DNA of 64,000 bases from Candidatus Kerfeldbacteria bacterium (GCA_043799405.1 JAZDNT010000001.1:25752-89751); one strand, 5' to 3'; counted from the first letter of the stretch, positions 1 through 9,184 are shown. The notes: generated from the letters alone by a model not told the origin. Numbers and translations: made by a program.

Positions 1-2
1 TC

Positions 3-704
3 GATGTTACGAAGTTCAAAAGCGACTATACTTCGCAGGCGGTCAAGGACAAGGTGAACCAGCAGCTGCAGAGCGGGGAAGCGGCAAAGGTGGATTCCAC
101 CCCGACGTTCTTCCTTCAGGGCGTTTCGGTTTCTCCCGCAGCATCGCTCGATGCGTTCAAGCCATTGATCGAGGATGCGCTTAAAAAAGCGCCGATCGCG
201 GAGTCATCGAACGAACCTGTGCATATCCATGCGAACATCCGCGTCGTCGTCGAGGGAACGCCGATCGATTTCTCGTTAGATCGTTACCAGAAGAACGCAG
301 AAGGAGGCGAGCTCAATCCGGACATACACTTCCATAACAAGAACGGCGACGTCATCCATATCCACAAGGCAGGCATCACGGTCAGTGACCTGTTCGGAAC
401 GTTTAGTATGAGCCTCGGACAGGATTGCATAACGCTCGATACGAGTACGACGAAGTGCGCGACAGGCTCTAATAAGCTCAGGATGTACGTCAACGGTACG
501 GAAAACAGTAGCTCCGGCAGTTACGCTATCGGCGACCTCGACCGGATCCTCGTGATCTTCGGGTCGGAGGATGAGTCGGTGGTCCAAAAACAGATCAAGG
601 CCGTTCCCGATACGGCATGCATCTATTCCCGTACGTGCCCCGAGCGCGGTTCTCCGCCTCCAGAAGAGTGCACTGGCGGATCAGGGACGAACAACTGTCA
701 GTAA
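3..704 (+). CDS. DsbA-like thioredoxin-fold protein (5' partial) with an extra His/Cys-rich C-terminal domain
   Basis: The frame is open from base 3 (DVTKFKSDYTSQAVKDKVNQQLQSGEAAKVDSTPTFFLQG), which resembles the C-terminal part of DsbA-type oxidoreductases. About 170 aa follow with HIHANI, HFHNKNGDVIHIH and a Cys-rich tail. Confidence 0.6.
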   Translation, partial: DVTKFKSDYTSQAVKDKVNQQLQSGEAAKVDSTPTFFLQGVSVSPAASLDAFKPLIEDALKKAPIAESSNEPVHIHANIRVVVEGTPIDFSLDRYQKNAEGGELNPDIHFHNKNGDVIHIHKAGITVSDLFGTFSMSLGQDCITLDTSTTKCATGSNKLRMYVNGTENSSSGSYAIGDLDRILVIFGSEDESVVQKQIKAVPDTACIYSRTCPERGSPPPEECTGGSGTNNCQ

Positions 705-720
705 AAAAAAGAGGAATTGA

Positions 721-1290
721 ATGGGCATTGCCCCAGAACTCGTCGTTCTCGTCAATGAGCAGAATGAGCCTATCGGTACTGCCCTGAAAGCGGATGTTCA
801 TACTGACCGTACGCCCCTTCACAGGGGATTTTCGGTGTTCGTTTTTCATCCGAAGGGGGAACTTTTATTGCAGCAGCGCGCCAGAACGAAGAAGACATGG
901 CCGCTCGTCTGGTCGAACAGCTGCTGCGGCCATCCTGCTCCCGGCGAAGAAACCGTCGACGCGGCAAAGAGGAGACTTATGGATGAACTGTCGGTCGATG
1001 CTGGGGACGTAAAAGTATTGCTCCCGAACTACCGATACAGTTCTGAGAGGGATGGCGTCGTTGAGAACGAGATGTGCCCTGTACTCGTTGCGCGGTATAG
1101 CGGAGCAGTCGTTCCAGATCCCGATGAAGTCGAGAACACCACGTGGATGCCGTGGAATGATTTTTTGAAGAAGATCAGTTCCGGTGACGGGAGTTTTTCG
1201 CCATGGTGCATTGAAGAAGCCCGCCTCTTGGATTCATCGCAGGAGTTTCGCCGATGGATGAGCGCTGACCAGCGCGGCTCTTCTGGATGA
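721..1290 (+). CDS. idi: isopentenyl-diphosphate delta-isomerase, type 1 (Nudix)
   Basis: HRGFSVFVF..LLLQQRA..K..WP..WSNSCCGHP..GE matches the type-1 IDI signature. Confidence 0.85.
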   Translation: MGIAPELVVLVNEQNEPIGTALKADVHTDRTPLHRGFSVFVFHPKGELLLQQRARTKKTWPLVWSNSCCGHPAPGEETVDAAKRRLMDELSVDAGDVKVLLPNYRYSSERDGVVENEMCPVLVARYSGAVVPDPDEVENTTWMPWNDFLKKISSGDGSFSPWCIEEARLLDSSQEFRRWMSADQRGSSG

Positions 1291-1365
1291 CGCGATGATC
1301 GTATTGGAAAAACAGACGCATAATGGTATCATTGGCATCGACGATTACTATTAACATGAGGCACT

Positions 1366-1827
1366 ATGAAACATAGAACCGCTCTCATCGCTTCGCTCGT
1401 ATTCACTGGTTTCGGACTGTTGCTGTCCGGGTACCTTTCGTACTATACGCTGTTCGCATCAGGTTGCCATAAAGGGTTCCTTCCGTTTCTGAACTGCGGG
1501 AGCAATCCGGTTAACTTCTGGGGAGTACCACAGTGCGTTGTCGGATTCGTGATGTACTTCGTCGTCGCAGTGCTTGCGGTCGCTGGTCTCTACGTTGCAT
1601 CGAAAAAGAACATCATCAAGTGGCTTCTCGGTTTTGGCATCTTAGGCAGCCTGTTTTCGGCGTCGCTTTCCGTGTACGAACTGTGGTTCCAGGATCCGCA
1701 CCCGACGAAGCTTCCAGCGTGCGTCTATGGCTTTTTCTTCTACCTTGGCATTCTCATCGTGAACGCATTGGCACTTCGGTCATCAACGGTCCAGTCACCG
1801 GAACCGCCGCCACCGAACCAGCTCTAG
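1366..1827 (+). CDS. VKOR-like small membrane protein
   Basis: Four predicted TM segments. The loop Cys pair CHKGFLPFLNC followed by WGVPQCVVGFVMY resembles the bacterial VKOR loop. The usual CxxC is replaced by ACVYG. Confidence 0.45.
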   Translation: MKHRTALIASLVFTGFGLLLSGYLSYYTLFASGCHKGFLPFLNCGSNPVNFWGVPQCVVGFVMYFVVAVLAVAGLYVASKKNIIKWLLGFGILGSLFSASLSVYELWFQDPHPTKLPACVYGFFFYLGILIVNALALRSSTVQSPEPPPPNQL

Positions 1828-1909
1828 GGCAGAACGGGCCAGAAGAACGTACGTCATTGCAATGAACGAGCGTGCTCTGGTGAAAGGATAATGAAAGAAG
1901 GGTGTAGTA

Positions 1910-2473
1910 ATGGATGATGGCGCTGTACAGCCCGAGCCGAACGATGAAGCGCTCGTCGCACAGGTGCTCGACGGAGAAGTGGAAATTTTTGGCATTCTTG
2001 TAAGACGATACGAGCAGAAGCTACGACGGTACGGAAGGCGCTTCATGGCAGGTCGGGAAGACATCGAAGATATCGTCCAAGAGGTATTCCTTAAAGCGTA
2101 CGAGAACCTCCGAAGCTTCGACATCAAACGCCGCTTCTCTCCATGGATCTACCGCATCGCGCATAACACCTTCATTAATGAGATGAGACGCGCATCGCGT
2201 CATCCTACCATCACGCTCGATACCGACATCCTATTCCCTCATAAGAGCATGCCGTCTCCCGCAGACGACCACGAAAGGACTGAAACGAAGGAAATGATGC
2301 AGCGCGGACTCGACCAGCTTGATTTCAAGTATCGAGAACCGCTCATTCTGTTCTACTTTGAGGAAATGAGCTACGCAGCGATCGCAGAAGTACTTCGAAT
2401 CCCTGTATCGACCGTTGGTGTCCGTATCAGCAGGGCGCGGGTTGCCCTTAAACGCATTCTCAACACCGGATAA
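1910..2473 (+). CDS. ECF-type RNA polymerase sigma-70 family factor
   Basis: Region 2 (DIVQEVFLKAYENLRSF..SPWIYRIAHNTFINEMRR) and region 4 (MSYAAIAEVLRIPVSTVGVRISRAR). Confidence 0.85.
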   Translation: MDDGAVQPEPNDEALVAQVLDGEVEIFGILVRRYEQKLRRYGRRFMAGREDIEDIVQEVFLKAYENLRSFDIKRRFSPWIYRIAHNTFINEMRRASRHPTITLDTDILFPHKSMPSPADDHERTETKEMMQRGLDQLDFKYREPLILFYFEEMSYAAIAEVLRIPVSTVGVRISRARVALKRILNTG

Positions 2474-2480
2474 ACACTCT

Positions 2481-3224
2481 ATGGAAACCTCGCCTATCGA
2501 AAACAAGGTCTTAAGTGATATCAGGAGCAAACGTATTGCCATGCGTTCGCGGAGATCGATCGTTCGTAGAAACGCGATGTTCGGAGTCGCACTTGGTGCC
2601 TTTGCCGTACTCCTTCTCCTGTTCGGCAGCTTCGTCGCGTACTCATTGCACAGGACGGGGATTCTCTACCTTCCTGCGTGTGGTACGAAGGCGCTGTCGT
2701 ACATGCTGCACCCCTTCTCGTGGTTCAACGGCGTTTTGTTTGCGATGTTCAACCTGCTCGGGATCGCCTTTGCCGTGTTCCTCGGGAGAAAGACCGCTAT
2801 ATACCGCGCACCGCTCATATACGTGCTTTTCGCGACCGCGGTTGTCGTGATCGGTGGCGGGTTCCTCATTTTTCTCACACCCCTGAACCGCGTTGTAGGC
2901 TCGATCGCGAATAAGCATCAGATTCCGATCATTGCGCCGCTATTTCAAAAAGCAACGAGCACCATCGAAACACATACGACACCGGGTCTCGTCCGGAATG
3001 TTCAAAGCGGCAGCTTCGAACTCGTAACGTTCTCGAAAAAGGTCGTCGAAGTTCGAACGACACCGTTAACGACGTTCCTTCATGGGTTCGTACCGAAAAA
3101 CAATGATGTTGTCATCGTTGTCGGTACAACCAAGGACGGTGTTATTGAAGCTGACGTTATCCATGAATACCCTGGTAAGCTAACGCCCGAGGAAATCTCC
3201 GAACTTACACAGGTTCAACAGTAG
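2481..3224 (+). CDS. membrane protein downstream of the ECF sigma (possible anti-sigma)
   Basis: ATG at 2481 lies 8 nt after the sigma stop. There are several TM helices after a short cytoplasmic N-terminus. The call rests on position only. Confidence 0.4.
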   Translation: METSPIENKVLSDIRSKRIAMRSRRSIVRRNAMFGVALGAFAVLLLLFGSFVAYSLHRTGILYLPACGTKALSYMLHPFSWFNGVLFAMFNLLGIAFAVFLGRKTAIYRAPLIYVLFATAVVVIGGGFLIFLTPLNRVVGSIANKHQIPIIAPLFQKATSTIETHTTPGLVRNVQSGSFELVTFSKKVVEVRTTPLTTFLHGFVPKNNDVVIVVGTTKDGVIEADVIHEYPGKLTPEEISELTQVQQ

Positions 3225-3386
3225 AATATTCGCCTGATCCCTAGGAGTTCTGCTCTACCCTGAAGTACTGCGCAGATACCGGTGTATTAAAGAGCGAAAG
3301 GAGGTTATGCCTTCTTAGCTCGTTCAACCCGAATGTTTAACCCGGACCCTCGAACCTCTTGGGCGTTTTGGGTATATATCGCGGTA

Positions 3387-3415
3387 TTGTAGGATAAAAA
3401 AACAGGCGGTATGAT
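3387..3415 (+). promoter_or_regulatory. sigma70-like promoter (TTGTAG-17-TATGAT)
   Basis: Hexamers with a 17-nt spacer, ~40 nt upstream of the 3453 ORF. Confidence 0.4.
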
Positions 3416-3452
3416 ATAGCTACATTACTATTCTCTTAAGGTAAATACGTCT

Positions 3453-3581
3453 ATGGCGAAAAAGAGGGTCAAACCCGTGTACCGTAGCGCGGTAAGCGGA
3501 CGGTTCGTATCAAAGGGTTACCTAAAAGGTCACCCGACGAAGACCGTCACCGAGCATGTCAAAAAGGGAAAGAAGAAGTGA
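3453..3581 (+). CDS. 42-aa basic protein (MAKKRVKPVYRSAVSGRFVSKGYLKGHPTKTVTEHVKKGKKK)
   Basis: Below the ORF-track cutoff. The YRSAxSGRFVSKxYxKxHPxxTV pattern resembles a recurrent small bacterial protein, recalled from memory. Its stop overlaps the next start (GTGA). Confidence 0.5.
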   Translation: MAKKRVKPVYRSAVSGRFVSKGYLKGHPTKTVTEHVKKGKKK

Positions 3582-3886
3582 AGGGTAAGCGGTTTCTCTA
3601 TCTCGCGCTCTCGACGTTCCTCGGGATCATTTTGAGTTACGGTATCCACGCAGTCGTCGAACTCATGTACCTCAATTGGGCGGAAAAAACGAACCATCTG
3701 CTAACGTGGACGATGCACTTCGGCGTCGGTGCGTGTGCGCTTTCACCGTACGTACAGTATGGATTATTTATTGCTGGCGTAGTTGGAGGTTTTTTAATCG
3801 GCCGCGTGTGGTGGCGGATCGTCTACGTTGAGCATCGGCACTGGATGCGAAAGGAGGATCGCGAAACCAGGCCGAGAGACGTATAG
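3578..3886 (+). CDS. small membrane protein (3 TM)
   Basis: GTG start overlapping the upstream stop; hydrophobic helices; no family recognised. Confidence 0.5.
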   Translation: MKGKRFLYLALSTFLGIILSYGIHAVVELMYLNWAEKTNHLLTWTMHFGVGACALSPYVQYGLFIAGVVGGFLIGRVWWRIVYVEHRHWMRKEDRETRPRDV

Positions 3887-3919
3887 CGTGTCTCCCGACC
3901 CGGCGTTGGCGTTCTCGAA

Positions 3920-4219
3920 CTAGACGGGCGCGAGCGATTCGATACCCGGAAGGACCTTCTCCTCGAACCGTCGTCGGTTCTCCGGAAACTCCTCTGTGAG
4001 ACTGATCGCGACTTCGCAGCCACCCGCGTCCCCACTCCGCTCGAATGAGCTCAGGAACCGTTCGTCCACTGTGGACATCGAGATCCCGTAGCCGATCATG
4101 TTGCGGAGCTCGCGGACCCGTCTGGTCGCTTTGGGCTTGAAGCGGATCTTCAGCGTCCCCTTCTTGGCGGTCGCCTCGTCGAGCACTGCCTTGAACGGTG
4201 CATCCCCCTTGTCACCCAC
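3920..4219 (-). CDS. hypothetical protein
   Basis: GTG start preceded by AAGGAGGTG with an 8-nt spacer on the minus strand; no family recognised. Confidence 0.55.
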   Translation of the reverse strand: MGDKGDAPFKAVLDEATAKKGTLKIRFKPKATRRVRELRNMIGYGISMSTVDERFLSSFERSGDAGGCEVAISLTEEFPENRRRFEEKVLPGIESLAPV

Positions 4220-4328
4220 TTCTTCTTCACCTCCTTAGAATCCCGGTACAACTGGTTGGAACCTATCGTATCTAACATGCACCGTCAAGCGCTACAGCTT
4301 TGTTATTGAATTTTGATATACTTTACGT

Positions 4329-4868
4329 ATGACATCGGTAACCGCACTCCTCGGGGATATAACAACGCAGCAGGTTGAGGCGATCGTGAACGCCGCGAAC
4401 GAGTCGTTGCTCGGTGGAGGTGGCGTCGACGGCGCTATTCACGCTGCAGCTGGTCCCGTTCTTCTCGAAGAATGCAGGAAGCTCGGCGGATGTAAGACCG
4501 GCGAGGCGAAGATCACGAACGCTTACCGTCTTCTGGCTGATTACATCATCCATACCGTTGGTCCGATATACTCGGTGAAGAAGGAGAAGGTGCCTGAATT
4601 CCTCGCACAGTGTTACCGGAGCTGTCTTGAGGTCGCACAATCACACCTCATTCGAACGATAGCATTCCCCTCGATCTCAACGGGCGCCTACGGGTACCCC
4701 ATTGAAGAGGCGGCGCCGATCGCCGTCGCAACGGTGAGTGCTTGGATCGCGGAGCATCCGGATACCCTCGATGAGGTGCGGTTCGTCCTTTTTAACGATG
4801 AAGACTTGAAGATATATTCAGCGGTTCTACACGAAAAAACGGAAAAGACGGTCAATGGCGTATCGTAA
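4329..4868 (+). CDS. macro-domain protein (O-acetyl-ADP-ribose deacetylase, YmdB-like)
   Basis: GDITTQQVEAIVNAAN..LLGGGGVDGAIHAAAG and FPSISTGAYGYP. Confidence 0.9.
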   Translation: MTSVTALLGDITTQQVEAIVNAANESLLGGGGVDGAIHAAAGPVLLEECRKLGGCKTGEAKITNAYRLLADYIIHTVGPIYSVKKEKVPEFLAQCYRSCLEVAQSHLIRTIAFPSISTGAYGYPIEEAAPIAVATVSAWIAEHPDTLDEVRFVLFNDEDLKIYSAVLHEKTEKTVNGVS

Positions 4869-5739
4869 AGCGACGATAAGCTCATCGAACATTCGGGCTT
4901 TTCGTAAGGTTGTGTATGCATTCTCACGTACGCATCATCGTGATTTCCCGTGGCGCCGGACAACGGAATCATACCGCATCCTCGTATCCGAGGTCATGCT
5001 CCAGCAGACGCAAGCCGAGAGGGTCATTAAAAAGTATCGACAGTTCGTCAAGCAATTTCCTTCAATCAGAGCATTAGCGCGCGCGTCGTTGAAGGAAGTG
5101 CTACTCGTTTGGCAAGGGCTAGGATATAACCGTAGGGCGTTAGCATTGAAAAAGATCGCGCACGAAGTTGTTGCCCGATATGGCGGAAAGATCCCTTCGA
5201 ACATTGCCGGCCTCACTTCCCTTTCTGGAATTGGTACGTACACTGCTGGGGCGGTACTTGTGTTTGCATACAATCGACCTGTGATCATGATTGAAACGAA
5301 CATCCGTTCGGTCTTCCTGCATCATTTTTTCCGGACTGACCGCAATGTCGAAGACCGGATGATACTTCCCATTATCGAAGCAACGCTCGATCGCCGGAAT
5401 CCGAGACGATGGTACGGAGCGCTCATGGACTACGGTTCGTACTTAAAGAAGGTGAATAAAAACCCGTCGCGCCGCAGCGCTCATTATACACGTCAGCCGA
5501 AGTTCATCGGTTCCAGACGGCAGATCCGGGGACGGATCATATCAACGCTCATTAGCAATCGCTCGCTAACCGTTTCGGAACTTGGAAAAGAGGTAGGAAA
5601 AGAGATTGGATGTACGCAAAAAACTATATATGCAATAGTTCAGCAGCTTATAGACGAGGGGATTGTATCAATGCGAAGGACGAAATACACGATTGCATCG
5701 GAAGTCAAGGAACGAAAATCAGCTCGTTCAAGACGATAG
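4855..5739 (+). CDS. HhH-GPD DNA glycosylase (MutY/EndoIII-like, no Fe-S Cys cluster) with a C-terminal winged-helix-like tail
   Basis: FPWRRT..YRILVSEVMLQQTQ..V...Y..F...FP, GLGYNRRA, GIGTYTAGAV. No CX6CX2CX5C motif is seen. Confidence 0.75.
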   Translation: MAYRKATISSSNIRAFRKVVYAFSRTHHRDFPWRRTTESYRILVSEVMLQQTQAERVIKKYRQFVKQFPSIRALARASLKEVLLVWQGLGYNRRALALKKIAHEVVARYGGKIPSNIAGLTSLSGIGTYTAGAVLVFAYNRPVIMIETNIRSVFLHHFFRTDRNVEDRMILPIIEATLDRRNPRRWYGALMDYGSYLKKVNKNPSRRSAHYTRQPKFIGSRRQIRGRIISTLISNRSLTVSELGKEVGKEIGCTQKTIYAIVQQLIDEGIVSMRRTKYTIASEVKERKSARSRR

Positions 5740-5856
5740 TATTTCATTTTTTTCGCGTTTATAAAAGCAATTGATGGGGTACGAATGGTCATACCCTTGA
5801 CTTTTTTATCATTTGTGATATCATGCTTTCTTCGGATTATAACGTAGGCTCGTTTT

Positions 5857-6050
5857 CCTGGGGGTGATTGACTTGGTGTGTCGACAACGACAGGATGTCG
5901 TAAGGGTCAAGAACCCGTGCTCATGAGCACCGACAACGTCACCCGCACACTCGGCCACACCCCTGGGATTCTATCCCGGGAGCGGACGATCGCAGATCGC
6001 GTACTGGGCACTCCTGCCAGCACGTTCGATCGCTCGTCTTGCTCCCGGGG
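5857..6050 (+). ncRNA. candidate structured RNA / leader of unknown class
   Basis: About 190 nt of GC-rich non-coding sequence downstream of TTGACT-16-TATCAT (5797-5824). A 10-bp closing stem pairs 5857-5866 with 5958-5967. There are several perfect hairpins, including GTGCTCATGAGCAC at 5917-5930. Confidence 0.25.
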
Positions 6051-6117
6051 TTCCTTTTTGTTGTACGTGGATATGGTATAGTCAATGAGGAGAGAATAAT
6101 CATTAATACAAGATGCA

Positions 6118-6357
6118 ATGATCGGACGAGAAGCGTTAAAAACAATGATAACGCTCGCGACGACCGCGTTCGGGCTTGTCGCAGCGCTCGCCTGGAACTC
6201 GGCAATCATCGAACTCTTCAAGAAAATATTCGGGCAGGCTACGGGGATCATCGGACTGTTCTGCTACGCGGTCATCGTAACGATAATCGCCGTGCTCGTA
6301 ACGGGCAAGCTCGGAAAAATGGCCGAGAGGGTCGCGTCTAAAGACGAGACAAAGTAG
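6118..6357 (+). CDS. small 2-TM protein (DUF5654-like)
   Basis: TLATTAFGLVAALAWNSAIIELFKKIFG pattern, recalled family resemblance. Confidence 0.55.
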   Translation: MIGREALKTMITLATTAFGLVAALAWNSAIIELFKKIFGQATGIIGLFCYAVIVTIIAVLVTGKLGKMAERVASKDETK

Positions 6358-6394
6358 TAGGCGTGTTACAGCACAGTGAACGGTCTAACGCAGC

Positions 6395-7048
6395 TTACTC
6401 AAGCCAGCGCGCCGATGTTGTCTTTTTGCGTACAAAAAACTTTGTTACGAGGTAGCCGAACGCAAAACCGCCGATGTGCGCAAAGTATGCGACACCGCCC
6501 TGGTACCCGATCGAACCGGCGCCTGATATGAATTGGAACACGATCCAGTAGATGAGCATCGCTTTAGCCGGGATCGCCGTGACACCCCAGATGCCCCAGA
6601 GGACATCAATGCGTTCGTTCGGGAACAGGACGAGGTACCCGCCCATAGTGCCGGCGATAGCGCCTGAGGCCCCGAGGTTCAGAACCGTCGAGTGGGGATC
6701 GATTACGATCTGAAGCGCAGATCCTATAGCACCAGCAGCAATGTAGAAGAGGAGAAAGCGGAACCTGCCGAGGCGCTCCTCCATATTATCCCCGAAGATA
6801 TAGAGGAACAGCATGTTGCCGATGAGGTGCATAAATCCGCCATGCAGGAACATGGCCGTCAGAACAGTGAAGAGGTTCTGTCCGTGAACAATGTCGTTCG
6901 GTATGAACGAGTATCGCCCAAGGAACGCGTCGAGGTCGGTACTTCCTAGCGTTAGCATGTATGCGAACACTGCGACGTTCGCCGCAATGAGGAAGTACGT
7001 TATGAACGGCCGTTTGCCAGACGGCGTATGGTCGCGGAGCGGTATCAT
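6395..7048 (-). CDS. rhomboid family intramembrane serine protease
   Basis: FLHGGFMHLIGNMLFLYIFG, GASGAIAG and the AHIGG motif. Confidence 0.9.
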   Translation of the reverse strand: MIPLRDHTPSGKRPFITYFLIAANVAVFAYMLTLGSTDLDAFLGRYSFIPNDIVHGQNLFTVLTAMFLHGGFMHLIGNMLFLYIFGDNMEERLGRFRFLLFYIAAGAIGSALQIVIDPHSTVLNLGASGAIAGTMGGYLVLFPNERIDVLWGIWGVTAIPAKAMLIYWIVFQFISGAGSIGYQGGVAYFAHIGGFAFGYLVTKFFVRKKTTSARWLE

Positions 7049-7090
7049 GGCATGACGAGCGCTACGGCTGGTGTAGGTATTCGCGAACGT

Positions 7091-7312
7091 CTAACGCCGT
7101 GAACCACGTTTCTCTTTCCTGCCGGGGTGTGTCATCTCGTGGAGTTTTTTCGTTTCCCGCCGAATGCATGACGTACAAGCAGAAACGCGCTTTCCGTTCA
7201 GTGCGAGGGTTTGAATGTTGACGTGCTGGCGGTTCGCCGTCGCGATGTTGGAGTGACTTCGGGAGTTTGAGTTGAGCGGCGTGCGGCCGCAGATGGTGCA
7301 TGCTCGTGCCAT
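7091..7312 (-). CDS. rpmB: 50S ribosomal protein L28
   Basis: MARACTICGRTPLNSNSRSHSNIATANRQHVNIQ; the start is taken at the internal ATG of the 7091..7390 ORF. Confidence 0.85.
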   Translation of the reverse strand: MARACTICGRTPLNSNSRSHSNIATANRQHVNIQTLALNGKRVSACTSCIRRETKKLHEMTHPGRKEKRGSRR

Positions 7313-7400
7313 AGTACTATGCATTACGAGTGAGTGAGAGTGTTGCGATAAACGCTGAAGGAGTGTAGCATACGAGTACCATGTACGCAAGGATCACCGT

Positions 7401-8066
7401 ATGGTCTTCGGAATCGATTCGATAGTTACACAGTTTCCCGTGTTCATCGCGGGGGTCGTTGCCCTGATCATTTCGATCGGGTTCCACGAGTTCAGTCACG
7501 TTTTTGTCGCCCATTCGCTCGGGGATCCGACCGGCAAGAACGCCGGGCGACTTACCCTTAATCCGCTCAAGCATCTCGACCCCGTCGGGACGCTCCTTAT
7601 TTTGGTCGGGGCGTTCATCGGATGGGGAAAACCGGCGCCCTTCAGTCCCGAGAACCTGCGGTATAAAAGGTACGGATCGGCGATCGTCGCTCTCGGCGGG
7701 CCGCTCATGAACCTATTGCTCCTCGTAATGGGGAGCATTGCGCTACGGATTTCGTTCGGGGTCCTTGGCGCGAGCAATCTCCTTACGGTTTTTCTCCAGT
7801 TATTCGTCATAATGAACGCATCGCTTCTGCTGTTTAACCTTATCCCGCTACCGCCGCTCGACGGATCCTGGCTTCTCCTTGCGCTGCTTCCTCGGTCAGC
7901 AGACTCGCTCCGTGAATTCTTAGGCCGCTACGGCTGGTTCATCCTTCTCGGCGTCATTTTCGCAGATTTCATGTTTCATATTCCGATTATTTCGCCGTAC
8001 CTCTACCGCGGCGTGCTGTTCCTCATGAACGTATTCGGTATCATTCCGTATCTTGGTACCGTTTGA
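7401..8066 (+). CDS. site-2 protease family (M50) zinc metalloprotease
   Basis: HEFSHVFVAHSLGD (HExxH) in a TM helix, NLIPLPPLDG motif. Confidence 0.85.
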   Translation: MVFGIDSIVTQFPVFIAGVVALIISIGFHEFSHVFVAHSLGDPTGKNAGRLTLNPLKHLDPVGTLLILVGAFIGWGKPAPFSPENLRYKRYGSAIVALGGPLMNLLLLVMGSIALRISFGVLGASNLLTVFLQLFVIMNASLLLFNLIPLPPLDGSWLLLALLPRSADSLREFLGRYGWFILLGVIFADFMFHIPIISPYLYRGVLFLMNVFGIIPYLGTV

Positions 8067-8191
8067 CATCCTGGAGCATTATTGGTACACTGTCCTGTGT
8101 TCTACGCTCCCTCTCACTGACAGTAGTGAGTATTTTTTAGAACGCAGCAATTCTGCCAGCGTAACGAAAGTAACGAACAAGTAAGCAATCT

Positions 8192-8620
8192 ATGCCATCG
8201 ATAAGCCAACTCGTCCGTCACGGAAGGCATCATGACCAGACGAAATCAAAGACACCGGCGCTCCAGTCAGTATTGAACGCGCTCAAGCGGAGACGCACCG
8301 AACTACCGAAAGGCAGTCCGTTCAAGCGCGGCGTGTGCGTTAAGGTAACGACGACCACTCCCAAGAAACCGAACTCGGCGCTCCGCAAGATTGCCCGTGT
8401 TCGCCTTTCGAACGGGCAGGAGGTCACCGCCTACATTCCCGGCATCGGGCATAACCTGCAGGAGCACTCGATAGTGCTGATCCGAGGCGGCCGCGTAAAG
8501 GATCTCCCTGGCGTCCGGTACCATATCGTTCGGGGCGTGTACGATACGCAGGGGGTCAGCGAGCGTAGGCAGGGAAGAAGCCTCTACGGCGCAAAGCAGC
8601 CAAGCGAGGCAAAGGGGTAG
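8192..8620 (+). CDS. rpsL: 30S ribosomal protein S12
   Basis: [10 protein letters not shown] and [23 protein letters not shown]. Confidence 0.97.
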   Translation: MPSISQLVRHGRHHDQTKSKTPALQSVLNALKRRRTELPKGSPFKRGVCVKVTTTTPKKPNSALRKIARVRLSNGQEVTAYIPGIGHNLQEHSIVLIRGGRVKDLPGVRYHIVRGVYDTQGVSERRQGRSLYGAKQPSEAKG

Positions 8621-8621
8621 T

Positions 8622-9086
8622 ATGCGCGGAAAGCAAGCACCAAAACGCGAGATAGCACCTGATTCAAGGCACTCATCGACGCTGATCGCAAAGTTCATCA
8701 ACCTCATCATGCAGCGTGGAAAGAAGTCTGTTGCGCAGGCAATCGTCTACGGCGCGTTCGATATTATACGAGAGAAGAGCAAGCAGGATCCGCTCTCGAT
8801 CTTCGATGCAGCGATGAAGAACGTTGCGCCGATACTCGAGGTGAAATCAAAGCGTGTCGGCGGTGCGAATTACCAGGTTCCGATCGAGGTTCGCGGAGAG
8901 CGACGGATCGGTCTCGCAATGCGCTGGATCATCGGCGCAGCTATGAACAAGAAGGGCAAGCCCATGAAGGTAAAGCTCGCGGCCGAGCTTATGGAAGCGA
9001 GCATGAACCAGGGCGACGCGGTCAAGAAGCGCGCCGACGTGCACCGTATGGCAGAGGCGAATCGCGCCTTCGCCCATTTTGCTTAG
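8622..9086 (+). CDS. rpsG: 30S ribosomal protein S7
   Basis: GKKS.A..IVY.A, VGGANYQVPIEV, ANRAFAHFA C-terminus. Confidence 0.97.
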   Translation: MRGKQAPKREIAPDSRHSSTLIAKFINLIMQRGKKSVAQAIVYGAFDIIREKSKQDPLSIFDAAMKNVAPILEVKSKRVGGANYQVPIEVRGERRIGLAMRWIIGAAMNKKGKPMKVKLAAELMEASMNQGDAVKKRADVHRMAEANRAFAHFA

Positions 9087-9155
9087 ACGATTATGGAATC
9101 AATTGCGTTGTATTCGAAAGTGGTTGATCCGAAGCAGGTATGGCTTCGGCGGACA

Positions 9156-9182
9156 AGCCGCGCCTTCGCGCATTTCGCGTGA
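9156..9182 (+). pseudogene. ghost copy of the rpsG 3' end (SRAFAHFA*)
   Basis: agc cgc gcc ttc gcg cat ttc gcg tga at 9156-9182 compared with the real aat cgc gcc ttc gcc cat ttt gct tag at 9060-9086. Confidence 0.7.
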
Positions 9183-9184
9183 GT

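Noticed and set aside
5857-6060. tmRNA (ssrA) hypothesis for the GGGGGTGATTGAC... segment
   Set aside because: No T-arm (GGTTCGA-type), no acceptor 3' strand followed by ACCA, and no plausible tag reading frame ending in a stop after an Ala-rich peptide. I also found no SRP-RNA GGAA/AGCAGC core. It is kept only as an unclassified structured RNA candidate.
9140-9184. Upstream ATG (9140) as the start of the rpsG-fusA orphan gene
   Set aside because: The first 15 codons read through the ghost rpsG 3' end in a different frame. ATG 9185, directly after the ghost stop, is the more parsimonious start.
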